This document shows positions 1 through 11,375 of a stretch of DNA of 64,000 nt, one piece after another. The position numbers were made by a program, and so were the translations under genes. The DNA is from Narcine bancroftii (Eukaryota): the NCBI RefSeq assembly GCF_036971445.1, contig NC_091481.1:69936001-70000000 (forward strand). Reading direction: 5' to 3'. Position 1 is the stretch's first letter, and every line of letters starts with the position of its first letter. Under the pieces are notes generated by a model. The model saw nothing but the letters and a program-made list of their open reading frames with translations. It did not search any database and was not told the DNA's origin.

Positions 1-56
1 GATTGGGTCTACTTGGGTCTCAGCTCAATACAAACAATCCTCCAGCCAACACTCAC

Positions 57-228
57 CGCTTCCTGGAGCCCCCGAACAGCAAGCAGCTAATGGCCTTCTT
101 AATATCTGCACTGCCAAAGATGGAGGGAGCGATGCTCTTCGCAATGACCTCATAGACATTGGGCATGGCCGCCAGATGACGGAACTCTTCTTCGTCTTGT
201 GGTGACATGACTCCAGCCAGGCCATGGC
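57..228 (-). CDS. MCM5: MCM5 coding exon 7 (172 nt), [20 protein letters not shown]...[26 protein letters not shown]; gene continues beyond the left edge
   Basis: cag|/|gtgag boundaries; start of the MCM AAA+ region (IAPSIFG, CLLFGG). The ORF track shows the wrong frame here. Confidence 0.95.
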
Positions 229-901
229 CTGGAGAGAAAGAAATATGGATTAGAAGAGACCATCATGATTTCCTCAAATGCTTCTGCAGATCAGGGCCAG
301 GCAAGAACAGTTTTTGAGCTCGTAGGTGCCACTTAAAGCAGATTCATACAGCGCTGGATCTAACCCCAAAGCTTGCATGATTTTCACCAAGTCACTGCTC
401 AAACACTGCAGTCAACTCAGGTAACCTCCTTTAATGTCAGCCAACAAGGCAAATCGCTCACATCACCCAATCCTTTCAAAGGATCCACACTGTACACAAA
501 GTTCACTGTGACCGTAACAGAAGATTTGCATTGACAGAACACCCTTCATGGCTCAGGTCACCCTCAGAACAAAGGATGCTCACATACAAATAGGCCCATC
601 TTCATCAGCATGAACAAGTTGGGCTGAAGGGCCTGTTTCCATGCTGTAGAACACTATGATGTCACCTTGGATGAGAGACATCTAAATCCACAACCAGCAA
701 TGACAATAAGCAGATAATTTGCAATAATGATACTGGGTGAGCCAAGCTCAAGACAAAATCCCCTGTACTTCTTCGCCGCATGCCACCACACGCTCCTGAG
801 GGTTTGACTCGACATTTACATCTAAAATGTGGCATCATCCCTTGTCCCTCCCACAGTGCAGCTCTCTTTCTTTGGCCTGCCACGTCAACAGAGAACATGA
901 G

Positions 902-1379
902 TGGGCTACGCTGAACTATATGTCTTTAAATATTAATGGAATACATAACCAAATTAAAAGGAAGAAACTACTAAATTTAAATGAATAAATGTATTCCATT
1001 AGAAAAAATAACATATAGGTTAAGAAATAATATTGAAATATTCGAACAAGTATAGGAGCCTTACATTAAATACAATAGCGAAAACCTACCGGGGACAAAC
1101 ATTACCTAAGTTGATGGAAGGAGAAGGAAAGAAAAGAATGGACTCAGTAGAATTTCTGGTGTAATTTTGTTGAATGACAACATTGTCTGACTGGCTTAAT
1201 GCAACCTAGATTGTATACCTAAAATGGATGAGAGGGGGGGGTGGGGGGGTGGTTTGGGAGGAAAGTGGGGGGGGGGGGAGAAAAAGTCACTGTATATGTG
1301 TGAAAAAGAAGTAGTGTATATCATGGCTAATGTGATTTATGGTGTGAAAAATAAAAAATTTTAAAAAAAACAAAAAAAA
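902..1379 (+). mobile_element. Internally deleted L1-clade LINE in an MCM5 intron
   Basis: 15-bp TSD AACAGAGAACATGAG (887-901 and 1380-1394); poly(A) tail; homologous to the L1 copies at 59-64 kb. Confidence 0.9.
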
Positions 1380-1481
1380 AACAGAGAACATGAGCAGAGA
1401 TCTTTGGAGTAGTATAACCAACAGTATAGCAGCATTTGGCCAGGATAAGGCCCTTGCTGGCCCTGAGGGAAGAGAACGCAC

Positions 1482-1648
1482 CAGTGCCCTCAGTGTCCAC
1501 CTGGATTCCAACCACTCGGATGTAGGAGCCACGAATTCCCACGCCAACACGATCTCGGCCTTTGTTGGTGGTCTTTCCTGACTTTTTGATAGAATAGATG
1601 CCCATAATAGTGACCCGGTTGCCAGGGACGATCTTGTCACACAGGTAC
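1482..1648 (-). CDS. MCM5: MCM5 coding exon 6 (167 nt), [20 protein letters not shown]...VDTEGT
   Basis: cag|/|gtgcg boundaries; MCM motif [11 protein letters not shown]. Confidence 0.96.
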
Positions 1649-2000
1649 CTGCGGGCGGAGAAAGGAGTCAGACAGGACTGGGAGAGCGAAATCCAGGAAG
1701 TGACACCCCCCCCCCCCAACAAACATCTGGCTCACATTCATGACCAAATCAATTGATAGCCATTTCAGGACAGAGGCTTCACCATACAGCAAACGGCTCA
1801 CAGCCTTTCCCTCAATATCATTCTTAGAAGGCAGAGGCTTTCCACCTTGTAAAATCTATTTCAACCCATATCGCGCACTTGGTCACTCCCCAGATGTTGG
1901 GGGAAAAAAATCTGTGTGATCACCCATTTATGAGGTATATCCAAGACAAACACCCTCCCACCTCCCCCTCATATCACCATGCCCCCACTGACACCCCCTA

Positions 2001-2180
<180 letters not shown>

Positions 2181-3092
2181 TCAAGAGCCCAACCCTGCTC
2201 CCAGGCCTCAGAACATCCCTCATTGTTCTGCCTGGTTCCTGGGCCTCACTCCCTGCTGCAGCAAACACAAGCCCACGCAGCATTTCTAATCCTCCACTGG
2301 AGCCTCTCAATCTGCAGAACTGAGACTGTTGGCCCAAGAATTTTTTTTTTAATTTTAAAAACACCATCTATAGAACGAAGAACCCACATTTACATGACAG
2401 CTTTCACCATCTTAGCGCTTTAGAGTTTAGAGATACTTATTGGTCTACTCTTGTAACATAGAGGAAACAGATACCAAAACAGTAGATAATAACCACCAGA
2501 TCTAATGGCTGTGGCTTCCAAGGTTTACAAAGGGGATCTCTGTGTGTACCTAGCGAGGCAGGTTGTTTGTCATCTCTCATGGTTCAGCAACAGATATCAT
2601 CTCAGGCCACTGTGGCATGTTGCAAGGGAGTAATTTGAAGAGTCACTGCCCTTCAGGATTAGGGTTCTAGATTAAAGTCAAGCAACACACAGACTAGGTT
2701 CTGCATAGCAATTACTCACTAAACAAATCTGCGCACACCTTCCTGTACATTATGAGGCAAGAGGATACAATGATGGATGTTGAGAGCTGCTAGGAAGCTC
2801 ATGGCTATCAGGTGAACAACTTGTACTGCGTTATATCAATCCAGCACAAGGATTTGCCAAACGAAATGCCAAGCATTAATCAGTTCGTACCAACCCTTTC
2901 TTGCACAATAAACCCAAAGCTGAGCCACTGTAACGACACTAATTTCCCACATTTACCATAATTCCAAAGCATATAGGCACCAGTTCCACAAGTACACCTC
3001 TGTTCTATCATTCACAGAACACATCAGTAACAGATATTGTTCCCTAATGCAGTCTACACACCCTGGTCTCTCACCACTGGCATCACACTCAC

Positions 3093-3265
3093 GTGTTGCA
3101 TTTACGAGGCAAAGCATATCCTTCCAGGCCGGGCCGGACAGCAATGTTGCTCACAACGTTGCGGCAGCCACGACACTCTATGACAATCCTGGTGGCCTTG
3201 GCTCGCACAGTGCTTGCTGAGATCACAATTCCTGGGACCTTCACCAACCGAGACATCTGGTCTGA
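3093..3265 (-). CDS. MCM5: MCM5 coding exon 4 (173 nt), [16 protein letters not shown]...LPRKCNT
   Basis: cag|/|gtgag boundaries; OB-fold sequence and zinc-finger cysteines (CRGC, KC). Confidence 0.96.
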
Positions 3266-4262
3266 CTGAAGGTGCAAGACAGAACAGGTTAATCCGTTTG
3301 TTTGCTGCATTTGATAAATCTTCCCTTTAAGAGACAATTTAACCACATCCAACTCAAAACATTTAGCTTACTACTTCTAAGGCTTATTTTGAAAAGAAGT
3401 ACAATTCTAAGCCAGGCTTCGCTCCAGTCAGGACCTGTTAGATGAAGCGTTGAACTCCTTTCGTAAAATTTAACCTCGTGGGCCATATTGATCTGATTTT
3501 GGTAATGGAGTCACATCCTCACTAACATCCATGTCACAGTGGCATCTTGGGAGTCTTTGCTTCTTCTCTCTGTTCTTACAGATCCATAGCATTATCTGCA
3601 CTGGATAGTTACTACATTAGCTATTTTATCCATTCTATACTAAAGAATAGTTATAAAAGATGTGGTAGTCAGGCAGCTGTTAAGTTACCAAACCAAACCC
3701 ATGGGCATTCACAATTTAGAGACATATTCAAATGTCAATAACTCAAGTGTGGAATTTAAATTTGATTAATAATCTGAAAACTTCAAAAGTATTCAAAATT
3801 GATAGTCTACTGATGTCCTTCACAGGATGATCAACCTCACTTTTGTGCATTACACTACAATCCATCATCTGCAAATTTCCTTGTTTAACGTTGTGTTGGT
3901 TACTTTTGCAACAAACACAATGGTGGTGTGGACACAGTCCTACTATGGAGGGCCCTTACCACCCAATTCTAATACCGACAGGGTTTAAGTGGTCTGTTAA
4001 AGGATCCCACTGTTTTTCTTGGTCTGTGCACAAGATGGCAGTGCCTGCATTGGACAGTGGACCATGAGGCATTGGAGACTCCAGGGGAGCAGTGGACCAG
4101 CCAGCACAGAACACCAGAAACTGGGGTCACACAGCATCCATAGGAAGCAAAAAGCAGTCCATTTTTCGGGCTCAAGCCCTTTATCGGGAATCTTGAAAAT
4201 GAGGTAGCTGCTTGAATAAAAAAAATTGGGGGGGGGGGGGAGAAGAGGAGCCCTCGAGTTAC

Positions 4263-4391
4263 CTTCAAGCTGCGAATGCTGGCACAATTGGCATCCGAAC
4301 GCAGCATGACCTGGATCTCCTGCAGGATCTCCTCACCTGCTGGGCGTGGACGGGTCACCTCATCTGCCACGTCCTGCGCTGCCTCTTCCAG
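4263..4391 (-). CDS. MCM5: MCM5 coding exon 3 (129 nt), [17 protein letters not shown]...SIRSLK
   Basis: tag| acceptor and |gtaac donor; contains the MCM5 motif ADEVTRPRP. Confidence 0.96.
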
Positions 4392-5686
4392 CTACAGGAA
4401 AAATGGAAGCAAAACACAGCCATGAAATTCCAGCAGATGGTGGGCCTCACCAGGGTAAACCGTAATCCACTTGTCCCACTTACGTCCCTGTAACCAATTT
4501 ACTCCCACACACTTCACTTCGATTTACAGCTGTAACTAACCTTTGGAACATGAGAGGAGACCACGGGATACTCATGTCTACCTTTTCAGCTGGCTGCAAC
4601 AGCATTTTTAAGTGCAAAACTAATCGCAGACAATGAAAGATATTATTTAGGAACTCCCCATCAACACCCCTCGAATCCACAATCCCTGGCATAGGAGGCC
4701 AGTGGCTTATCTAACACAATTAGTTCCTTTCAGATGCTGCAAGGATTATCTCGTGGGATGCTCTCATGACAAGATTGAAGAGAGGCAAGGACTTAAATAA
4801 TGTTGAGAAATTGTTTCCAGTGGCAGAAGGGCTACTGGTCAAAGGGCACATTCAATTGTGGCAGTAGATGAAAACTCTGAAGCAGATTGTTTAAACTGAA
4901 GCTCCAAATCTGAAAGGGAGGTGGCAGAAGAATTAAATGCAATTTTAAATGGCATTGTGAAGAAAGAATGTTAGCGCCTCTACTTCCTCAAGAGTTCGCG
5001 GAGGTGTGGTATGATATCAAAAGACTCTGGCAAATTTCTACAGTTGTATGGTGTTATTGGCTACATCACAGACACCAATACCCCTGAGTGTAGTAAGGCC
5101 CTGCAAAAGATCATGGATAGAGACCAGGACGTTGCCACCATTGAGAACATCTGCAGGGAACACTGCTGTCAGAGAGTGGCAGCAATCATCAAATATTCAC
5201 ACCATCCAGCACATGCTCAGTTCTCATTGCTACCATACCCACCAAGTTCAGGAACAGCTGCTTACCCCACCACCAACAGACTCCTCAACAACAAACTCAA
5301 TCTGAACTAATTTAAGGATTCTTTCTTGTGCACTTCATTGATATTTTTTCTCTCAAAATTGCATAATTTACATTTCTTTGTGTTTTCAGGTGTACATTGA
5401 GTAGCGCTTTTTTTTGCACTGCCATTAAGTGCCTTGCCCGTAGGAAAAAGAATCTCAGGGTTCTATGTGATGTCATTTAAATTCTTAATTTTAGGCATAC
5501 AGCACAGTAACAGGGCCTTTTGGCCCACGAGCCCGTGCCTCTTAATTACACCCAAATGACCTGCAACCCCCAGTATGCTTTTAAAGGTGAGAAGAAACCG
5601 AAGCACCCAGGGAAAACCCACGCAGAAACAGGGAGAATGTACAAACTCATTACAAACAGCATGGAATTCAAACTCCAGTCCCTATC

Positions 5687-5835
5687 TTTTCTTTGGCTTG
5701 GCTTCGCGGACGAAGATTTATGGAGGGGGTAAAAAGTCCACGTCAGCTGCAGGCTCGTTTGTGGCTGACCAGTCCGATGCGGGACAGGCAGACACGATTG
5801 CAGCGGTTGCAAGGGAAAATTGGTTGGTTGGGGTT
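5687..5835 (-). mobile_element. RTE LINE 3' fragment inside a V-SINE-like element
   Basis: Near-identical to the 3' ends of the RTE copies at 42900 and 49424. Confidence 0.85.
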
Positions 5836-5897
5836 GGGTGTTGGGTTTTTCCTCCCCTATCACTGACAGTGTAACAGCATTCCACTAACTGCTAGAC

Positions 5898-7053
5898 CAG
5901 GGGTGTCGAACTCAAATTCATGGAGGGCCAAAATTAAAAACTTGGACTAAGTCGAGGGCCGAACTAAATATTTATTGAAAATTTTCAATAACATCTGCAT
6001 GTTTTCTCTTCTTTCAACAAATGTAATGTTAAACTTTAGGATATAACTTTAGGAGGATAATGTTACAGGTCAGGAGTAGGTAGCTCAAGTTCACCCTTTG
6101 CTTGACCTGAGGGAAACCTATTTGGTCCCTGTGGAGATGTAGTCAGCATTCACAGGCTGTGTCCATTTTGGCCTGCATCAGGACTCAGCATTTCCTGCTC
6201 ACTCCTCAGGCTCTAGGCCTCTATTTACCCTCGACCCACCATCCCTCTACCTGACCAGTCCTTTACCCAACCTCAACTCACCCCTCACTCCACTCGCTCT
6301 GCCTCTACCCACCTCATCCTATACACGCCCCTCTACTGCCTCTCCCCTCAACCTGTTCCTCCCTCTACCCGTCTCTCACCCTCTAATCACCCCTCCCCTA
6401 CTCGCCCTGCCCCTCCCCTTTTACCTCTTCTCTATCCACCCCTCCTTCTACTCATCCCTCCCTCTAACTGCCCCTCGCACCACCATAACTTCCCCTGCCC
6501 ATTACTCCTCACCTACACCCTCTGCCCACCCCTGCTTACCCACCCAATCAGGCCAAGCGCGCTGCCAATCAACCTTCACTCTCTTCACGTGCAGGGCCGA
6601 ACCAGCCGTCCCTGGGGTCCGCGCGGGTGCAAGCGCTGAAGGCCGTGGCGACCGGGAGAAGTGCGCTCGCGCTGTGGAAGGGCCGTCCGGTGCCAGTCGC
6701 GCGGGGCTCGCGCTGCCCGGGGACTGTGCGCAGCCTGCCATGCCCGTCGCGCCGACAGGAAATCACAGGCGCTTGCCCATCCGCCGCACCGCTCGACAGG
6801 TGGGAGAAGTGACTGGTTGTGCGGGGAGCCTTCCAACTGGCTTGCCGGCTGATGACATCGACAGACTTCTCGTGTTACAATTTCTCGTGTTACAATGGGG
6901 AAGGATGTGCAATGAAGGGGGAGGATGGTGGGGGTGACATTACCAAAAAACAGCATCGGCTCTCGCTGCAGGGCGGACCACCTCTAATACATTTTTGAAA
7001 TGATCTTGCGGGCTAAATATAATTATATCGCGGGCCAGAGTTTGACATGTGTG
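5898..7053. mobile_element. Non-autonomous hAT DNA transposon
   Basis: 8-bp TSD TGCTAGAC on both sides; imperfect TIRs CAGGGGTGTCGAAC / GTTTGACATGTGTG. Confidence 0.85.
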
Positions 7054-7256
7054 TGCTAGACTAACCATGTCGCCATATATGTACTCTGATGACAAATCTG
7101 AAATGAAAATGAAAAGAGAAACATTTGCAGAGCCTGGCCTGGAACAATGGGCTGACCAGCTCTGAGTGTCACACCTTTCTATGTTCCAGGTGATAAAACC
7201 TCAGTCTAATTACTGACCATCACAAGTGAGAAAAAAGATTTCTGTACCAACTCCTT

Positions 7257-7363
7257 CAGTATAATCCCCGTTATCCAGAATTCAAGCAAACGGTAGTTTC
7301 AAGCAACCGGCAAATTCACTGATCCGGCATCTACCAATCCCCATAGGTGCTGGGGTTTTACTG
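7257..7363. mobile_element. Short Tc1/mariner-pogo type MITE
   Basis: TIRs CAGTATAATCCCC / GGGGTTTTACTG; shares internal sequence with 56119-56728. Confidence 0.6.
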
Positions 7364-7594
7364 TATTTGGGTCTAGTCCAATGGAAACCAATAACCTTAA
7401 ACAATGTCCAATCCTTTTCTACACATTCATTCTTCTCAAATTGCCCTGTTTCATACTGGATTGTACAACCATTGGATGACTGAATCTCTCCCTTTTACAG
7501 CAAGAGATCTGATCGTGTCAAATAGCACAAAAAAGCTTTGGACACACTAGACTCCCAGCACTCCTGTGTCATGTATGATGTGCCTGAAGTTTAC

Positions 7595-7721
7595 CAGTGG
7601 CAGGTGTTCAGATGGCTGCTTCAGCAGGGTATCGGCCAGATCCTCATCAAAACTGCTCAGGTCCTCCAGTGACACCTCGATCCAATATTCACCCAGGTTG
7701 TAATGGCGTTTGAGTTCATCC
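7595..7721 (-). CDS. MCM5: MCM5 coding exon 2 (127 nt), [16 protein letters not shown]...EHLPL
   Basis: cag| acceptor and |gtaaac donor; in frame with neighbouring exons; MCM N-terminal domain sequence. Confidence 0.96.
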
Positions 7722-8925
7722 CTGCATGTTGGAGTAGAGGGAAATGTAAGCATCTGGACTCTAGTCAAAACAGTAAGACTGCAATACTCCTCTCCTACAT
7801 AATTATTCCAGGACCACAAACACAAATTTCAGCCAGGGAAGAACTGTTTTAAGTATTCAGAGCGATTGATTTTACTCCCCCAGTCGGTAGACATGCCATG
7901 TCGTGTTTTCTGGCAGCTAAATATTCCTTTCAACTCCCTCATTCTCATCTTTAAATGACTGTTGTATTGCACGGAGATCATCCATATGTGGGGTGGGGAA
8001 GCAATTCAAGATGATAAAGGACAAGAGTTGAAAGGGGCGCAAGAGAGGATGATGGGGAATGAGTTAATTATAAATTTAGACATGCAACACAGTAACAGGG
8101 CAATTTACACCCAATTAACCTGCACCCCTGGTACATTTTGAATGGTAGGAGGAAACCAAGGGGAAAACCCAAACAAACACAGGAAGAACATACAAACTCC
8201 TTACAGATAGCGCAAGTGTCAAACTCCAGTCGCGATCAATGGTGCTGCAATGGCTTGGTGCAAACCGCTACAGCAATCATGCCGTGGGAATAATTATGGA
8301 GTGAGGCATGTTGTTGGGGGGGAAAATCAGCTGATCAAGGATGTGGACAAGAAGCAGCAATGATTGGGGAAGTGATAGGGGTGGTTAATATGATAGTAGA
8401 GCTGGCTGTTTCAAGACGGGGAGAGGGAGAGTTAATCTTGGGGGGGGGGAAAGAGGGAGAGCCATCTGATTTGGGGGGGGGGAAGAGCCAGGGAGGTGTG
8501 TGTGTGGGGATTGAGGGGAGGAGGGCGAGATCCAGCTGATGTGGGTGAGGTGTGGGGTTTGGGAGGGGGTGGGATTGAGGGGGAGGGGTGGGGGATTGCG
8601 AGCCGGCTGACCTGCGGAGGGGGTTTGAACGGGGGAAGGGAGCAGCCGGGCGATTGGGTGGGGGCGTTGAGGGAGGGGAGGGAAGGGCCAGCCTACGGGG
8701 GGGGGGTTGGGCATTGACGGGGTAGGAAGCAGAGAGAGCCGGAGGAGGAAGAGGGATGGGAGACCGGCTGATAGTGGGGGGGAAAGAGCCGGCTGATTTG
8801 AGGGGAGGGGGGTCGAGGGGTGGAGGTGGGGGGGAAGCCGATTGATGTGGGTTGGGGGGGTGGAAAGCGGCCGACCGAGAACCCCTTGAATCTCCCACCT
8901 CCCTGCCCGGGCCGCCGGCACCGAC

Positions 8926-9092
8926 CTGTATTTGAAGGTGAAGCCGGACCGGTCGCTGCCCACTCGGTACTGCCGCAGGAAGTCCCGCAGCCGCTTCTTG
9001 AGCTGCGAGCGCCGGAGCTGGCCGTCGTCGGCCTGCGGCTCGGGCCCGAAGCTGTCGCTGTAGAACACGCCGGCATCATCGAAGCCCGACAT
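8926..9092 (-). CDS. MCM5: MCM5 first coding exon (167 nt), [16 protein letters not shown]...GFTFKYR
   Basis: The translation matches the MCM5 N-terminus. ATG is at 9092-9090; the ORF-track start at 9095 is a GTG. Donor AG|GTCGGT, phase 2. Confidence 0.96.
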
Positions 9093-9099
9093 CACGGAA

Positions 9100-9265
9100 C
9101 CGACTCATTCGGCGGCACCCCGCTTCGCGCCAAAACCGCTCGCCCGCCCCACCTCCTCGGACTCCCATTGGCCTCGGGTTCGAGGCCGGCCGACGATTGG
9201 TCGGGCGCCGCCGTCCGTCAAGGAAAAGCGATGGCGCGACGCTGGAGCGGAAGTGACGTAGGCCG
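9100..9265. promoter_or_regulatory. MCM5 CpG-island promoter: E2F site TTCGCGCCAAAA (9124-9135), two minus-strand CCAAT boxes (~9167-9171, ~9196-9200), ETS-CRE composite GCGGAAGTGACGT (9247-9259)
   Basis: Motifs read directly in a CpG-dense segment just upstream of the ATG. E2F/NF-Y control of MCM genes is established. Confidence 0.8.
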
Positions 9266-9736
9266 AAGCTGTCTGGCGGACAACTGGAGTCGCGTCGGTG
9301 CAGAGAGGATGGAAGCTGAGGTAAAATCTTGAGGGGAATGGATCACCAGAGGGATCACCCTCCGACCAACATGGGGGAAGTGGAGATGATTGCCCACCTC
9401 TTTGCTGAATGCAGATTTACTAAATCTTAAAAACTCCGAGATGCTGGAGCCCCGAACATATGCAGCACACGACAGGCCCTTCAGCCCTCAATGTTGTGCT
9501 GACCAAAATATTCCGACCAAATAAAGTACTAAATTTTCCCTACCCCGTAATCTTATTTGTCCCACCACCACCACCCATGGTAGGACATTCTAGTCACCCA
9601 CAACTCTTATTGCTTAAAAAAATCACCCCTGATGTCTCCTCTAAACTTACCTCCCATGGGATGGAAGCAGCTTTCTGGCCGGGTTGCATCACGGAGGTTC
9701 CAACTCTCAGGGAAAGAGAAAACTCCAGAGGGTTAT

Positions 9737-10373
9737 TGTTAGAAACAGAAGTACCTTCACAGAAATTGCTCGAGACAAAAATTGAGAAGAAAGAACATTT
9801 ATTATACAACAATGCAAAGTTGGGTGCTTCCCCTTACCCTGGGAATACACACACACACTGGGGCTCACCCAACTTTTATACAGTTTATTTCAGTATAGAA
9901 GTACCCTCCCCCTTACATTCTTCTGCCTCCTGGATGAGTTTGGCATTAGGCAATCCTGTCTGCCTACGTGCTGTTTCTGTGAACTTGGAGGACCAGGGGT
10001 TATCCTGTCGGTGTCCCATCATGTCATTGTCCTTCACCTTCCTGACTCTCAGGGCTGATTCTCAGGGCTGACTAACTTCTTACATGCAGAACTTGCTAAT
10101 TCTGTCTAAGGCTAGAAGACCCTTATCTTATTCAGACTAACTTTACTTCTTCCTACATTCTATTATCTATTATCTATCCTTATCTTATTCATACTGTTGA
10201 ACTTCCTGATTCTGTCTAAAAGGCTAGAAGACCCTTATCTTATTCAGACTAACTTTACTTCCTACATTCTAATATCTATTCTTATCCTATTCATACTGGC
10301 TTTATTCATTACACATATATCTATACTAGTTTCCTCATCTTCATATTTTTATATCAGTTTTACTCATCTCACA
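9737..10373 (-). mobile_element. Solo LTR (family copy 1) inserted in a Rex1/Babar fragment
   Basis: TGT...ACA termini; 5-bp TSD GTTAT; minus-strand TATAAAA (~9875) followed by AATAAA (~9800). Confidence 0.8.
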
Positions 10374-11179
10374 GTTATGAATCCAGCCTGGGACATAACA
10401 GGCACCAGACTTCACTCTCATCAGGACGTCTACATGAGGTGGTGTATTAAAAAAGCAGCCTCTCTTCAAAGACCCCCACCACCCAGGCCATGCCCTCTTC
10501 ACTCTGCTACCATCGGAGAAAAGGTACAGGAGCCTAAAGACAAGCACTCAATGGCACAAGGATGGCTTGTACCCCTCTGCCATCAGATTCCTGAATGATC
10601 AGTGAACCAAAGACTGCCTCACTTTTTATGCACTTTTTTTTATTTACAATAATGTAAGATGGTTATATGAATGTTTGCACTGTGATGCTGCCACATAACA
10701 CCGAACTTCATGACTTATTCATGACAATAAATTCTGATACGGATTCTGATTATTATTCACAGATGTCCTCTGGTGTTTGGTATTCCTGCCCTGGGAAAAA
10801 GGTGCTGGCTATCCACCCTCTCATAATCTTGAAAACCTCGATTAACTCTCCTCTCTTCATTCAGCACTCCAAAAAGAAAAGTCCTAGCTCTGCTAATCTT
10901 GCCTCAAGACTTTTTTCCAGTCCAGGCAATATCCTGGTAAATCTCCTCTGCACCCTCTCCATAGCTTCCACATCCTTCAACAGAATCAAAATTTTGTAAA
11001 CGTCACAAAATTTGTTGTTTTGAGGTGGGAAGAGAAGATGTTGGGGGGAATGGGTTAATTTTGTGGAGGGAGGCATCGTGAGGGGGGGGGGAGCAGGCTG
11101 ATAAGGTAGTCATGCCGATTCATAGGAGGTGGGAGTGGAGGAGTCGGCCTGTCAGGGTGGCGGGAGGAGCTGGGTGATT

Positions 11180-11375
11180 GTCCTTCCAATATTTCACTTG
11201 TGAATCTGCAGGGGTAATCTGCATCCAATGCTCCCACTGTGATCTCCTCTACCTTGAAGAGACTGGATGCAGACTGGAAGATCACTTTGTTGAGCACTTT
11301 GGCTCTGTCCACCGCAATAGCGTGGATCTCCCAGTGACTACACATTTCAATTCTTCATCCCATTCCCTTGCTGAC
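11180..11375 (+). mobile_element. Penelope-like GIY-YIG fragment, interrupted by the hAT element and resuming at 14363
   Basis: Degenerate translation FTCESAGVI.CIQC..C.LLY..ETG.RL...F.EH...PV..HFN. Confidence 0.7.

Noticed and set aside
6502-6956. GC-rich overlapping ORFs or a second CpG island
   Set aside because: They lie inside a TSD-flanked hAT element and encode no recognisable protein.
8335-8925. Long proline-rich ORFs extending MCM5 exon 1
   Set aside because: These are read-through into a low-complexity intron; homology stops at the donor at 8926.
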